Program-made: the position numbers and the translations under genes | Source: Cyanobacteria bacterium P01_D01_bin.156 | Lineage (GTDB): Bacteria > Cyanobacteriota > Cyanobacteriia > Phormidesmidales > Phormidesmidaceae | Direction of reading: 5' to 3' | DNA length: 56,788 nt | Assembly: GCA_039024555.1 (NCBI GenBank) | Contig: JBCCQQ010000041.1 | Span: 1 to 56,788 of the forward strand | The notes under the pieces: generated by a model | What the model was told of the DNA's origin: nothing | Databases searched by the model: none | The model's input: the letters and a program-made list of their open reading frames with translations, nothing else | In this document: piece by piece, positions 20,569-31,090 of the stretch | Numbering within the stretch: position 1 is the first letter of the stretch | How the letters are laid out: every line of letters begins with the position of its first letter

Positions 20569-21234
20569 ATGGCCCGCTATCTTAAATTCCTTCTCATACG
20601 TCATGCCGAGTCGTTTGGAAATATAGACAGACGATTAGAAGGCCAAATGTCTACTGGGCTGTCTCCCCAAGGACAGATCCAGGCTCAGCAGCTGGGCAGA
20701 TATCTCCAGAACCAGCCAGCTCCCACCCATTTGTACAGCAGTCCCCTACGGAGAGCCGTAGAAACAGCCCGTGTATTGGCAGAATCTGTCAATAACGTTT
20801 CTCTACAACTAGAACCGCTAATTCAAGAGCTTCATCAGGGTATTTTTCAAGGATTAACGTGGTCTGAAGCGAGCGAACGCTACCCCGAACTATGTGCTCA
20901 ATTAGTCGCCACGCTGGACTATCAGCCCGTACCTGAAGCAGAAACTTTAGCAGCCGCTCACCGGCGGGCGGTGACCTGGTACCGACACCTGTGGCAGCAC
21001 CATCAGCCTGGGGATATGCTTTGGCTGGTTAGCCATGGCGGCTTTATGCAGCAGTTAATACGGGTGATCTTAGGCTGCGATCGCACCTGGCAAATTCCCA
21101 TTGGTAATACAGCCATTTTTGAATTTTGGTTGGCTCATCCGCTAACTCAACCATGTCAGCAAGATAATCCCGAACTGTGGAAAATCGTCAAGTTCAACGA
21201 CATAAGCCACCTGACTATTCCTGCGTCAAAGTAG
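20569..21234 (+). CDS. Histidine phosphatase (phosphoglycerate mutase) family protein
   Basis: LIRHAES, YSSPLRRAVETA, VSHGG. Confidence 0.92.
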   Translation: MARYLKFLLIRHAESFGNIDRRLEGQMSTGLSPQGQIQAQQLGRYLQNQPAPTHLYSSPLRRAVETARVLAESVNNVSLQLEPLIQELHQGIFQGLTWSEASERYPELCAQLVATLDYQPVPEAETLAAAHRRAVTWYRHLWQHHQPGDMLWLVSHGGFMQQLIRVILGCDRTWQIPIGNTAIFEFWLAHPLTQPCQQDNPELWKIVKFNDISHLTIPASK

Positions 21235-21444
21235 CCGCTAGAAGACCTGGTCTTTGGTGTGCCCGGAAAGAGCACACTTTAGTTAGAAACACTGAAATAA
21301 ACCACCGAATTAGGAAGTAATGACAGTTTTGATGTACTCTAGATGCCCGAACCTGGAACATCCTGTGTAAGTACATGTCAACTGTGATTGGGCACTCTAC
21401 CTTGCTGGGATAACTCTAACGAAAGTCTCTTGGAGACTGGCCCC

Positions 21445-22308
21445 ATGTCTACTACTACACTTACCGATATTAACGACGTCTTTGGGCAAGCCCAAGACGG
21501 TAGTGTTGCAGCGATTATTCAAATTCTGAATGAACACTTGGCTGACAACGGAATTCGCACCCGTGCTGTCTTTGTGGATAATGTACTTCAGCTACTGTGT
21601 GAAGCCCCCACGGATAAACAACTTGAGAAATCCGTGGTGGTAGCTAATATTCAAAAAATCTTAGAGAATATCGGCCCCCGGCGAATTCGCCGGGTCAAAA
21701 TCAATAGCCGCTTAGTGCAGGAACAACAGCTTTTGTGGCTAGAAGAGATTAATCGCGATCCAGATAATCATTTGCTTTGGGCAGAAACGATAACCTTACA
21801 ACAGCCCCATTGGTTAAAGCGGATCGCCCGTGATTTACGGCGGCCTAAATTTCGTACCGACATGCCAGAAGGTGCATCTAAATCAGACCTACGGCAGCGA
21901 AAGTCTTTTTTGGGAGGTGTCGTAGGTGGGTTATCCCTGGCTCTATTAGCCGCCGGAGTGGGTATTTGGGCCTACCAACGCTGGATCGCAACAGCACCCC
22001 AGGCCGTTGCTACTGTCAATGCTCCAACTGTAGCTGCCACCAATCAAACACCACCCCAGTTACCTCTGCCAGAATCCTACGACTCATTTGCACGGGCTGT
22101 ACGCATTGCTGAGCAGGCGGCTAAAGATGGAACAGATGCAGCAACCGCCTCTGATTGGCTGGCCCTGGCTGCCCGCTGGCAGCAAGCCTCTGATCTAATG
22201 GCGGAGATCCCCGCCAACGATGAACGGTATGCAATTGCTCAAGATCGGGTAAATGCTTACAAATCCAACAGCAAGAGTTTATTGCAAAAAGCCCGCCAAC
22301 AAAATTGA
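21445..22308 (+). CDS. Conserved cyanobacterial single-pass membrane protein
   Basis: GGAG RBS then ATG at 21445; TM segment GGVVGGLSLALLAAGVGIWAY; helical C-terminal module. Confidence 0.8.
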   Translation: MSTTTLTDINDVFGQAQDGSVAAIIQILNEHLADNGIRTRAVFVDNVLQLLCEAPTDKQLEKSVVVANIQKILENIGPRRIRRVKINSRLVQEQQLLWLEEINRDPDNHLLWAETITLQQPHWLKRIARDLRRPKFRTDMPEGASKSDLRQRKSFLGGVVGGLSLALLAAGVGIWAYQRWIATAPQAVATVNAPTVAATNQTPPQLPLPESYDSFARAVRIAEQAAKDGTDAATASDWLALAARWQQASDLMAEIPANDERYAIAQDRVNAYKSNSKSLLQKARQQN

Positions 22309-22309
22309 C

Positions 22310-24016
22310 CTACTCAATACTCACCCCTTTGAAAGTCGTCGCCTTAGCCTTGGCAGCTACTGGGGCAGTCTTAATTTCCTGAGTGCGCAGACGATGCTTT
22401 TTGAAGTAGCCTTGCCACTCGTCTGGGGCATTGAGAGTTTCCCCACCGTGCTGTGTAATCCGCTGACGTACCTGACAAAGGACAGGGGTGTTCACACAGG
22501 CTCCAGAAATAATTACTTGCCCCTTGGTAAGGGCCGGTAATTCCTTTAGCAGATCGCGACCTGCCGCTTCTACACCGTATTTCAAGCTTTCTTGATCCAC
22601 AGGATTGACAATGCGCATCAAAAACTGACTCATACACTGGGAAAGCACATCAGAGTCAAGCTTGCCGGGGCGTTGGGTAATCAACCCCACACCTAGACCA
22701 AATTTACGACCTTCGCTGAGGATAGTTCGGAGCACAGCTTTACAGCGAGAAGGCTCCTTGGCTGGGGCAAAACGATGGGCTTCCTCAATCAAGACAAACA
22801 CTGGGAAGGGCAAGTAGTTTTCATCCCCTGCTTCGATCTTGTCACGGGCCGTATTGATTCGAGCATGATAGCTCTGACGTAGCACAGCGGCACAGATCAC
22901 CTGCTGCTCTTCCTGACTAATTTCATTCATCTGTAGCACTGTCACCTGCCCCGGTTCAAACAGATCACGGGGGGCCATGTGGTTCATCTGATGGAAATAG
23001 GGCGAGCGGGCTAGACGGTCTAACTTCCATTCCAGGGCCGGTGCCGAGGAACCCACTTTATCGTTACCCTCATCATCGGCGGTGGTGTCTGCCTCGTAAA
23101 CGGCCGCAATTAAATCATTAACGTTCCAACGATAATCTCCGCGTTTATGTTTACCTAAAATGGTAAACGCCTTGTTGAGAATGGACTGCTGGCGATCGCT
23201 CATCTCCGGCAGCAGAGTGAGAATATCGTAATAATCCAGAGAAGACATACGGATTTGGATATCCCCTGGAGTAAGAATCTTCACCTTGGGGGCATAGCCG
23301 TCGCTAGCGTGGAAGGCAGAGTGGCCACGCATTTCAGCCAAAGTGTTATATTCTCCGTGGGGGTCAAAAATCAGCACAGCCGCTCGATTATAGGGCTGGA
23401 GAAACTCTTCAATCAGTACTCCAGCGGTATAGCTCTTTCCCGAGCCCGTACCCGCCAGAATGGCCATGTGCGTACTAACAATTTCTTTGACATCCAGCGT
23501 CACTGGGACCGTTCCGCCAGGGCGTAACAATAGTGAACCAATTTGAGCCGAGCCTACTTCCCCTGGTTGCTTTTTATTGACCACTTGCTGCAAACGCTCA
23601 TCGGCAGCGATGCGTACTTTAGCACCAGGATCTGGAGTGATCCGAGGATTAATAAAGCCAAGCGCCGGATGAAAATAGCCGATCACATCGACGGTAACTT
23701 CATAAATTTCGGGATTGGGATAGGCAAACCCAATTAGCGAGGCAATGGTCTCTGGACTAATTTGAGTATCGGCAAAAATCCGGTCCGGCAAATGGTCAAT
23801 CAGCCGTCGGTCAGAAATTTTGCCAAGGATTTCCCACCTGTCACCCTCTGGAGCATTAATTTCGTAAAAGACAAATTCACCAATCTTGACCTGGTGATTG
23901 TCAGCGGTAATAAAGACGTATTGGTTACCATCTTCACCAGGACCCTTGACAGTGCCGATTACGGGGTTACCTGAATCAATGGAAGCTGTTAAGGGCATAA
24001 GGGGGTGCGATCGCAT
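22310..24016 (-). CDS. HerA-like ATPase/helicase (HAS barrel plus DUF87)
   Basis: HMAILAGTGSGKS, IFDPHGEY, IEEAHRFAP, EGRKFG, TQRP. Confidence 0.9.
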   Translation of the reverse strand: MRSHPLMPLTASIDSGNPVIGTVKGPGEDGNQYVFITADNHQVKIGEFVFYEINAPEGDRWEILGKISDRRLIDHLPDRIFADTQISPETIASLIGFAYPNPEIYEVTVDVIGYFHPALGFINPRITPDPGAKVRIAADERLQQVVNKKQPGEVGSAQIGSLLLRPGGTVPVTLDVKEIVSTHMAILAGTGSGKSYTAGVLIEEFLQPYNRAAVLIFDPHGEYNTLAEMRGHSAFHASDGYAPKVKILTPGDIQIRMSSLDYYDILTLLPEMSDRQQSILNKAFTILGKHKRGDYRWNVNDLIAAVYEADTTADDEGNDKVGSSAPALEWKLDRLARSPYFHQMNHMAPRDLFEPGQVTVLQMNEISQEEQQVICAAVLRQSYHARINTARDKIEAGDENYLPFPVFVLIEEAHRFAPAKEPSRCKAVLRTILSEGRKFGLGVGLITQRPGKLDSDVLSQCMSQFLMRIVNPVDQESLKYGVEAAGRDLLKELPALTKGQVIISGACVNTPVLCQVRQRITQHGGETLNAPDEWQGYFKKHRLRTQEIKTAPVAAKAKATTFKGVSIE

Positions 24017-24480
24017 CAATATTGACCTGACAGATACCCGTCAAGATTACCCACTATAGTAAACCTGTATTGCTAGAACGGAACAGGTGCATGCCCAGCT
24101 TAAATAAGCCAATTTTCTCAGGGCATCCGCTCTACTCGACTAGTCTGCACCAACTCATCCAAAAACCTTTAGTGGTAGTGGCCTTAACCATCACCATCCC
24201 AGATCTCTATTCAGCGACTATATTTCAAAAATAGCTGCTACTGAGTTCACGCATCTAGCTAACAGCAATGATGCAGCGCAGTAACTTCTGGCTCAAATCA
24301 GCGCAAAGATTGCCTGCTCGAAAATAACCTAAGGATGTTCGCAGTAACGTCCTGAAACGGTCGGCCAGCCTTAGAAAGAAAGGGAGAACGGCTTCGGCAA
24401 ATGCTTCTAAAGAAGTGTGTACGTCAGCACGTTCTCCATGGGGGACAGTAAAGGTGACGAAAGGGTGAAAGTGGGGTTCC

Positions 24481-25611
24481 CTAGTTAGAACGGTAGCTCC
24501 TCGGCAAAATCACCATGGCATCACCAAAGGAATAAAATCTATAGCTTTTTTGAATGGCTTCTTGATATAGAGCCATCAGTCGCTGACGACCCACTAAAGC
24601 GCTTACCAGCATTAGCAGGCTGGAACCTGGCAGATGGAAGTTAGTAATCAGACCATCCACCACTTTCCAGTCATAGCCAGGGTAAATAAATAAGTTAACC
24701 GGTCCTCGGTAGGCTTGGAGGGCACCTTCTTGGGTGGCAACACCTTCCAAGGTGCGAACCGTTGTGGTGCCCACCGCAATTACTCGATTTCCCTGAGCTT
24801 TAGTCGCTGTGATTAAGTCAACCGTATCCTGAGGTAAATCTACCCATTCCGAATGCATTTGATGTTCGGTGATGGTATCAGCCTCCACAGGTCGAAAGGT
24901 GCCCAGACCTACGTGTAGGGTCACCTCCGCCCGCTTAATTCCCCGTTGTTCCAATTGTTGAAAAACCTCTGGGGTAAAATGCAGCCCAGCGGTAGGCGCT
25001 GCTACTGCTCCAGCATGTTGGGCATAAATTGTCTGGTATTGGTCCGGGTCAGCTTGGGACTGGGTGATATATGGGGGTAGGGGGACTTCTCCTAGAGACT
25101 CCATCAGCTGCTCCACAGGAGTATCTACCATGGACTCAAACGTGAGTAGGCGGCCATTGGTGTTGCGATCGCTGGCTTCCACATGAGCCCTGAAGAGAGG
25201 GGCCTCTAGATCGGGGCCAAAATGAATCACACTCCCTGGTTTTAATCGACGCCCTGGTTTCACCAACGCTAGCCAATGGGGAGGACGAGGCTCTAGCAAT
25301 AAAACTTCAACTTTAGCCCCACTTGGTTTGTATCCATACATTCGCGCTGGTATGACTCTCGTATTATTAATAATGAGCAGATCTCCAGAACCTAGAACCT
25401 GGGGTAAGTCCCTAAAAAAAACATGCTGTTGGTTTGTGGGTGAATCCACTACCATTAATCGAGAACTATCTCGTGGAATGACAGGTTCTTGAGCAATAAG
25501 CTGACTCGGCAGCTCATACTGATATGCCGCCAAGGAATAATCGCTCTCTAGGTTTTGTGAATCAGCTGGAATGTAGTTATGGTGGGGCTGATGGTTATTA
25601 ATTGTGGACAT
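24481..25611 (-). CDS. queA: S-adenosylmethionine:tRNA ribosyltransferase-isomerase
   Basis: AVAAPTAGLHFT, LHVGLGTFRPV, TNFHLP, YRFYSFGDAM. Confidence 0.98.
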   Translation of the reverse strand: MSTINNHQPHHNYIPADSQNLESDYSLAAYQYELPSQLIAQEPVIPRDSSRLMVVDSPTNQQHVFFRDLPQVLGSGDLLIINNTRVIPARMYGYKPSGAKVEVLLLEPRPPHWLALVKPGRRLKPGSVIHFGPDLEAPLFRAHVEASDRNTNGRLLTFESMVDTPVEQLMESLGEVPLPPYITQSQADPDQYQTIYAQHAGAVAAPTAGLHFTPEVFQQLEQRGIKRAEVTLHVGLGTFRPVEADTITEHQMHSEWVDLPQDTVDLITATKAQGNRVIAVGTTTVRTLEGVATQEGALQAYRGPVNLFIYPGYDWKVVDGLITNFHLPGSSLLMLVSALVGRQRLMALYQEAIQKSYRFYSFGDAMVILPRSYRSN

Positions 25612-25861
25612 AGTACGAGGAACACAGACACATGTGTCGTTATTTTTTTAGTAAAGGCTTGTCACTAGCCCTACTGAGTCGAGGAATTTAATGCCAGACT
25701 AGGGGTGAGCAGTTCTATGAACCAGCTGCCTGTTGACCATTAGTGAGCGACTGTTGTTTCGTGTCTATAACCAGTTGGCAATATTCAACAACTAAAAGCA
25801 TACGAAATATCAGTAATGGCACATGGTTAAAACGATCTAGACTGTAGCACCGCGTATACCT

Positions 25862-26251
25862 ATGGATTACATCTATTATCTATCCAATGCCAGTCTTGTT
25901 CTGCGGGTTGTTGAGCGTCTACATCGCTTGACCGAACTTCCATTAGAATTTGTGAGCGTTATCCATCGTATTGATGGTTGGATTTTACGCATTCGCTTAC
26001 ATGAGAGCGTGGCTCCGATAGTAGCCTCTAATTTCCAGGCATTTTTAGATGAGCTGGGTGGTCCCTACACTCCCGGCTATCGTATCCGTATGGCGCTGTG
26101 GGGGCTGGAAACAGGTCAAACAGCTGTAGATGTCATGCGCCGCTATCAGGTCGCTGTAGTTTCCCACGGTAAACCAGATCGCTACGAGATCGAAGAATTC
26201 CGTAAACAATTTGTTCAAGGTCTTGGCTATTGTCCTGAAACATTGGCCTAA
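25862..26251 (+). CDS. Conserved cyanobacterial hypothetical protein
   Basis: ATG ORF MDYIYYLSNASLVLRV...GLGYCPETLA, recognised from memory as a recurring cyanobacterial family. Confidence 0.8.
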   Translation: MDYIYYLSNASLVLRVVERLHRLTELPLEFVSVIHRIDGWILRIRLHESVAPIVASNFQAFLDELGGPYTPGYRIRMALWGLETGQTAVDVMRRYQVAVVSHGKPDRYEIEEFRKQFVQGLGYCPETLA

Positions 26252-26301
26252 AAGATTGGGCCATGCTCTGACTTTTCGGAGAGGCGGCTCTGAGTGTCGT
26301 T

Positions 26302-26742
26302 TTAACCTTCAATGGCATTGACTAAGTAATCTTGTAAGACAAGATAGCGTTTGCCATCGGGTAACTTGAGCTGTATCTGGGGCGTTCGGGGTTTGGCTGT
26401 ATGGCAGCTCACTAACGCGACATCTATCCGACAGGGTAGATGAGCTAAATGGGGATGACGCGTTAAAAATAGCCGGGCAGTTGTCCAAAGCTTTTTCTGT
26501 TTTGCAGTAGAAATAGAGAGTAGTCCATTTAAGTCCCAATTCCCTCGACTACGGGTTTTTACTTCCACAAAAGCAAGCATTTGGCTACTCAGTTTGCCTC
26601 CCTGAGCATGATAGCCTTGGGCGATAATGTCTAGCTCTCCCCAGCGACAATGCCAACGGCGATATAAAATCTCCCATCCCTGGCGCACAAGCCAGGTTTG
26701 TACTAACTGCTCACCGTAGATACCCAGATCCTGATCAGCCAT
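26302..26742 (-). CDS. yraN: YraN family endonuclease-like protein (UPF0102)
   Basis: GELDIIA, FVEVKTRS, CRIDV. Confidence 0.9.
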   Translation of the reverse strand: MADQDLGIYGEQLVQTWLVRQGWEILYRRWHCRWGELDIIAQGYHAQGGKLSSQMLAFVEVKTRSRGNWDLNGLLSISTAKQKKLWTTARLFLTRHPHLAHLPCRIDVALVSCHTAKPRTPQIQLKLPDGKRYLVLQDYLVNAIEG

Positions 26743-26954
26743 GGTTCAGAATAGTTATGTAGCTTTGGCCATAGGTTTCACAGAATAAATGAGCATTAGC
26801 ACCCCTAACCTGATAAAAGCGACATGGCTCATGCTACAAAATGTCCCAATTCCGCAACGTAACATCCCCAACTCGAAGTACCGATGGCAAGCTCTAATTA
26901 ACTGGGTACCCTGGGCACGGGTATTTCAAGATGGTTACAGAGTGGAGCCATATT

Positions 26955-28064
26955 ATGAGTCAGACACTACAGACACTGCAAACAGAATATCTACAAGCGT
27001 TTGAACGATGCACGGTACGAACTGAGTCCATGGGACTTGTACATGGCATCGTAAAACGTATGGTGGATTTGAGATTGCACTATGAATCCATCGAAAAAGC
27101 CACGACAGTGCCCTGGTGGTTTGTGGGAATTCTGCACTACAAAGAATGGAACTTTCGTGAACCTGAACTGTTTGAAAAAAAGATGGCCGAGTCCCTGGTT
27201 AGTAAAAAGTACAATCAAGCCAAGACTCGTACCCTAGCCGCCTATCTTTGGGGATTTGACCTATGGAATGGCTTCCAAGATGGAGCTGGAGATGACTCAA
27301 CCTGGGTATGGGGCAGCACTAACATTGTGGCCAATAAGCCCTCTCCCATGGGGGCAGCGGGCATCCTGAAACATTTAAGTAATCAGGGTCTGGTGCAGTT
27401 ACCTGCCGCTAGTCAAACGGCTGCTGCCAAGGCCGTAACCAAGGCTGCAGGTAAACAGAATGAAGCTAAGCCAGCGGCCGCTAGTAAAAAACCTGCTAAA
27501 CCTGGAAAGAAGAAGCTTCCCGTGATGTATTTCTCCCAGCGAGACAATGCTGCTCAGGCTCACCGTACCTGTAATACTGCCAGCTGCTGGATGGGAGCAC
27601 TGTATATGAAAACCTCCCTGTGGGACGATTGTGGGCAAGACCAAAATGCCGACCTGAACTTTTACTTGCCTAAGGTAGAAACCTATGGAGACACTACAGA
27701 CCATGGTGCTCAAACCCGCGCCTTAGACAGCATGGGCGTAAAGTCAGAATGGCACACCTCATTGTCCATGAAAGATGTCAAAGCAGAAATTGATGCCGGT
27801 CGTCCAGTAGTGCTAGGAGTACTTCACAAGGGCCATGTGAGTTCCCCTCGGGGTGGTGGGCACATGATTTTAGCCGTAGGCTATGACGATTCTGGGATGT
27901 TTATTCACGATCCCTACGGTGACATGGACCTAGTTAATGGTGGCTATCCTGGCTCCACCGATGGTTCCTATCGCCACTATAGTTATAAAAACCTGGGGGC
28001 TCGGTTTGAAGTAGAAGGCCCTGGCAGCGGCTGGGGACGGCTCTTTAAGGGCAGTCGCACATAG
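26955..28064 (+). CDS. C39-like cysteine peptidase with degenerate lysozyme-like N-terminal region and Ala/Lys linker
   Basis: YFSQRDN...TCNTASC (Cys), GGGHMILAVGYD (His), HDPYG (Asp); GGAG RBS before ATG 26955. Confidence 0.8.
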   Translation: MSQTLQTLQTEYLQAFERCTVRTESMGLVHGIVKRMVDLRLHYESIEKATTVPWWFVGILHYKEWNFREPELFEKKMAESLVSKKYNQAKTRTLAAYLWGFDLWNGFQDGAGDDSTWVWGSTNIVANKPSPMGAAGILKHLSNQGLVQLPAASQTAAAKAVTKAAGKQNEAKPAAASKKPAKPGKKKLPVMYFSQRDNAAQAHRTCNTASCWMGALYMKTSLWDDCGQDQNADLNFYLPKVETYGDTTDHGAQTRALDSMGVKSEWHTSLSMKDVKAEIDAGRPVVLGVLHKGHVSSPRGGGHMILAVGYDDSGMFIHDPYGDMDLVNGGYPGSTDGSYRHYSYKNLGARFEVEGPGSGWGRLFKGSRT

Positions 28065-28111
28065 CTAGAGTTCAATCAAAATCTGTTACAGCATCCGCTA
28101 AGTCCCGAATG

Positions 28112-30061
28112 CTAGCCATCTAACTGATCATAAAACTCACCTATCCAGGGAAGACCCGCCAAGTCTTCAAAGGCTACTTGGCGTTCTTTTTCTAATTCCG
28201 CAATACGTTTCTTCTCAGCATAGGCCTGTTGCTGATAGTAGGCGCATTCGTCAGGATGGGTTGCGAGGTCTGTTTCTTGCCACAGCTTGAGCAGATAGCG
28301 ATAGCGCTTTTCGCAGATCACCTTTTCCATACAGGCAATTGATGCACGAATAATTAAAGGAGCCCGTAGGATATCTCGCTTTGTTTTCTCATCTAAATAC
28401 AGTAGATGATGCACCTGGGAAAGGGGACCATTGGACTCGGATGCCAGATTACGTAGCTGTTCTAGCAAACTCATGGGGGAGGCATTGTCCTCTGCCGTGT
28501 CGGCCGCTTGCCACTGGAGCATCATTCTCCATAGGGCACGATGGTGAGAGAAACTTAGCTGTAAGTCTCTTTCTTCTAAGGCCTCTTTGATGATTTGACG
28601 GTTGTTGGGCACATGAATATAAACCCTAATCAACCAGCCCTCTGCTTCTTCGAGGGCACTTTTTTTAATAGCAACTTTGAACTTTTTAGGAGAATCTTCT
28701 GGCGACCGTCGTTGACGACGCACCTGAGCTAGAAAGTTCTCCGCTAACAATGGGACAAGTCTGGCGTCTCCCTGACTGAAAATTTCCGCACAGTGGCGAA
28801 TATAGTGGGTGCGTGTGTCAGCATTGGCAATATCCGCCAGGAGTTTGACCACATCCTGAGATACTTTTTGAAACTGATCGGCCTGCTTTAGGTCCGTGTC
28901 TTTAAGAGTTTGCTGAATCTGCCAGTCAAGCCAGAGGGGTGCAGCATCTACCAGAGCGTTGTATTCATCGGCAACATGAATTTTGAGATAGTCGTCGGGG
29001 TCCTTACCATCGGGAATATTGAGAATACGTAGCTGGACATCGCCCCGGTGAGCCATCTCAGCTACTTCTCCAATGGCACGCTGGGCGGCGTTCACACCAG
29101 CCGCATCGGCATCGAAGTTAAAAACAATTTGTTTTGATTCGGTATACCGCAACAGCTGACGTACTTGTCCCGCATTCAGGGCGGTTCCCAGGGAGGCAAC
29201 AGCATTGGTAATGCCTGCGGCATGGAGGGCAACTACATCAAAGTATCCTTCCACCACAATCGCTCGGTCTTGCTTTGCGATCGCGCCCTTTGCCTTATCC
29301 AATCCGTAGAGAGTTTTACTCTTATCAAACAGCTCTGTTTCTGGCGAGTTGAGATATTTAGGCTTAGCATCCCCTAGGGCACGGCCCCCAAAACCAATAA
29401 TGCGACCATTGGCATCGTAGATAGGCACCATGACTCGATCGCGAAACCGATCGTAGTAACCGGTTCCATTTTTATTGGAGACAATCAGCCCCGCCTGCTC
29501 TACAAGCTTAACTGCATAGTTTTTTTGCTCTACTAAATAGCCATAGAGCGCCTGCCACCCATCGGGTGCATAGCCAAAGGTAAACCGTTTGAGGGTCTCA
29601 TCGCTAAACTGTCGTTGCTCTCGCAAATACTCTAATGCTTGTTGTCCCACACTTTGGTAAAGAGCATGCTCATAGAACTTGGCAGTCACTGTGAGAATCT
29701 CAAATAGTTGTTCTCTTAGAGAGACTTTACGCTGATACTCTTGTTGTTTTTCAGGCTCTAGAGTTTTTACCGGTACCTGGTAGCGCCTGGCCAAATCCAG
29801 CACCACATCGGCAAAGGACTGTTGTCCCAGTTCCATTAAAAACTTAAAGGTATTCCCCCCGGCCCCACAGCTAAAACAGTAGTAGAACTGCTTAGACGGG
29901 CTTACACTAAAGCTAGGGGATTTATCATCATGGAAAGGACATAGTCCGGTAAAATCCTTACCCTGCTTCTTGAGCACCACATGTTCAGACACCACGTCAA
30001 CAATATCCGCTCGCTGGCGTACATCATCGATGGTATCGGGATGGATACGGGGTGAACTCAT
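28112..30061 (-). CDS. dnaG: DNA primase
   Basis: CPFHDDKSPSF zinc finger, KYLNSPET, VEGYFD, FDADAAG. Confidence 0.98.
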   Translation of the reverse strand: MSSPRIHPDTIDDVRQRADIVDVVSEHVVLKKQGKDFTGLCPFHDDKSPSFSVSPSKQFYYCFSCGAGGNTFKFLMELGQQSFADVVLDLARRYQVPVKTLEPEKQQEYQRKVSLREQLFEILTVTAKFYEHALYQSVGQQALEYLREQRQFSDETLKRFTFGYAPDGWQALYGYLVEQKNYAVKLVEQAGLIVSNKNGTGYYDRFRDRVMVPIYDANGRIIGFGGRALGDAKPKYLNSPETELFDKSKTLYGLDKAKGAIAKQDRAIVVEGYFDVVALHAAGITNAVASLGTALNAGQVRQLLRYTESKQIVFNFDADAAGVNAAQRAIGEVAEMAHRGDVQLRILNIPDGKDPDDYLKIHVADEYNALVDAAPLWLDWQIQQTLKDTDLKQADQFQKVSQDVVKLLADIANADTRTHYIRHCAEIFSQGDARLVPLLAENFLAQVRRQRRSPEDSPKKFKVAIKKSALEEAEGWLIRVYIHVPNNRQIIKEALEERDLQLSFSHHRALWRMMLQWQAADTAEDNASPMSLLEQLRNLASESNGPLSQVHHLLYLDEKTKRDILRAPLIIRASIACMEKVICEKRYRYLLKLWQETDLATHPDECAYYQQQAYAEKKRIAELEKERQVAFEDLAGLPWIGEFYDQLDG

Positions 30062-30451
30062 AAATACTTAGGGATGGCTCTGAGCTTTGGGATGAGTTTA
30101 GCTGTGAAATCTAGGCAACTGACGGGCTCCATAAATCGTTGCATCCCTAACAGCTATTTAGGACATATGTACCCATCATAAAGCCAATCATCGAGAAGCG
30201 ACGTGAGTGTTGATTTTATTTTGGGCATAGTTTTTCCAAGCCACTTTTTACTAATTTATTAACCCCATGCCTTCTCCCATTGCTCATGCCGTTTCTGGCT
30301 ATGCCATTGCTAGGGGGTAATGTAATACAGTTCACATTTGCCGTTGCTAATTTAGGGGATGAAACGATCTGTAGAACCTACTTATTTACCTGGATTTGGC
30401 AGATAAAATCCTTCCGAGGGGCAGCAGCGCCCAAACCATTAGAGCTGTCAA

Positions 30452-31090
30452 TTATTCGAGTTTTAGAGTGTTGCGATCGCGACCTGGCAAATCTTCTAGC
30501 GTCGCTTCCACAGCCCGTGCTGCTGCTAGGATATCTCGCTCCGCTCCCCCCAGATACAAACGTCCAAAGCTACCAATGGATGAAATCTGTAAAATATTGA
30601 TTTGAGCTGCTTTTTCGGCTTCATTCGCGGCTAGAGATGCATAGGCAGCGGGTTCTACTTCCATTACATATAGAGTCTGGCTTGCCAAAATCATGTTGCC
30701 GCGGCGGGTACGGTTAATGAGCTGAACATGGTGAGGGTCTAGATTACGAATAACCTGGCTAGATACCATGCGAGGTTTTAAGCGATCGCGCATTTCCACA
30801 CCTAGGGCATCTAAGATGGCTCGACCGGCTGCTTTAACTTCTCCCTGACTCCCGGAATGAATTTCTAGTAGACCGTAGAGTCGTTCTACCATTTGCACGC
30901 CAGGGGTCACTACCGCTGACTTCAGTGCTACGTCAGTAATTCGGTTAATTTCAATTCCTGGTGAGATCTCGACCCATAGTGAGGCATCTCCAGGCAATGG
31001 TAAAAAACCAATGGAAACGCTACCCATGTAAGCAGCGTGCTGTGGCTGCAAGTTATCTATGTATACGTAGCTACGAAGTTCTACACCCAA
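30452..31090 (-). CDS. ccmP: Carboxysome tandem-BMC shell protein CcmP
   Basis: [54 protein letters not shown]. Confidence 0.88.
   Translation of the reverse strand: MGVELRSYVYIDNLQPQHAAYMGSVSIGFLPLPGDASLWVEISPGIEINRITDVALKSAVVTPGVQMVERLYGLLEIHSGSQGEVKAAGRAILDALGVEMRDRLKPRMVSSQVIRNLDPHHVQLINRTRRGNMILASQTLYVMEVEPAAYASLAANEAEKAAQINILQISSIGSFGRLYLGGAERDILAAARAVEATLEDLPGRDRNTLKLE

Noticed and set aside
22310..24016. HerA as part of a Sir2-HerA or Nezha-type defence system
   Set aside because: No effector gene is adjacent; neighbours are queA and a conserved membrane protein.
24091..24234. 47-aa + strand ORF MPSLNKPIF...
   Set aside because: No RBS or recognisable features; cannot be supported from sequence alone.
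30280..30605. Two + strand ORFs overlapping the end of ccmP
   Set aside because: TTG starts, antisense overlap with a confident gene, no motifs.
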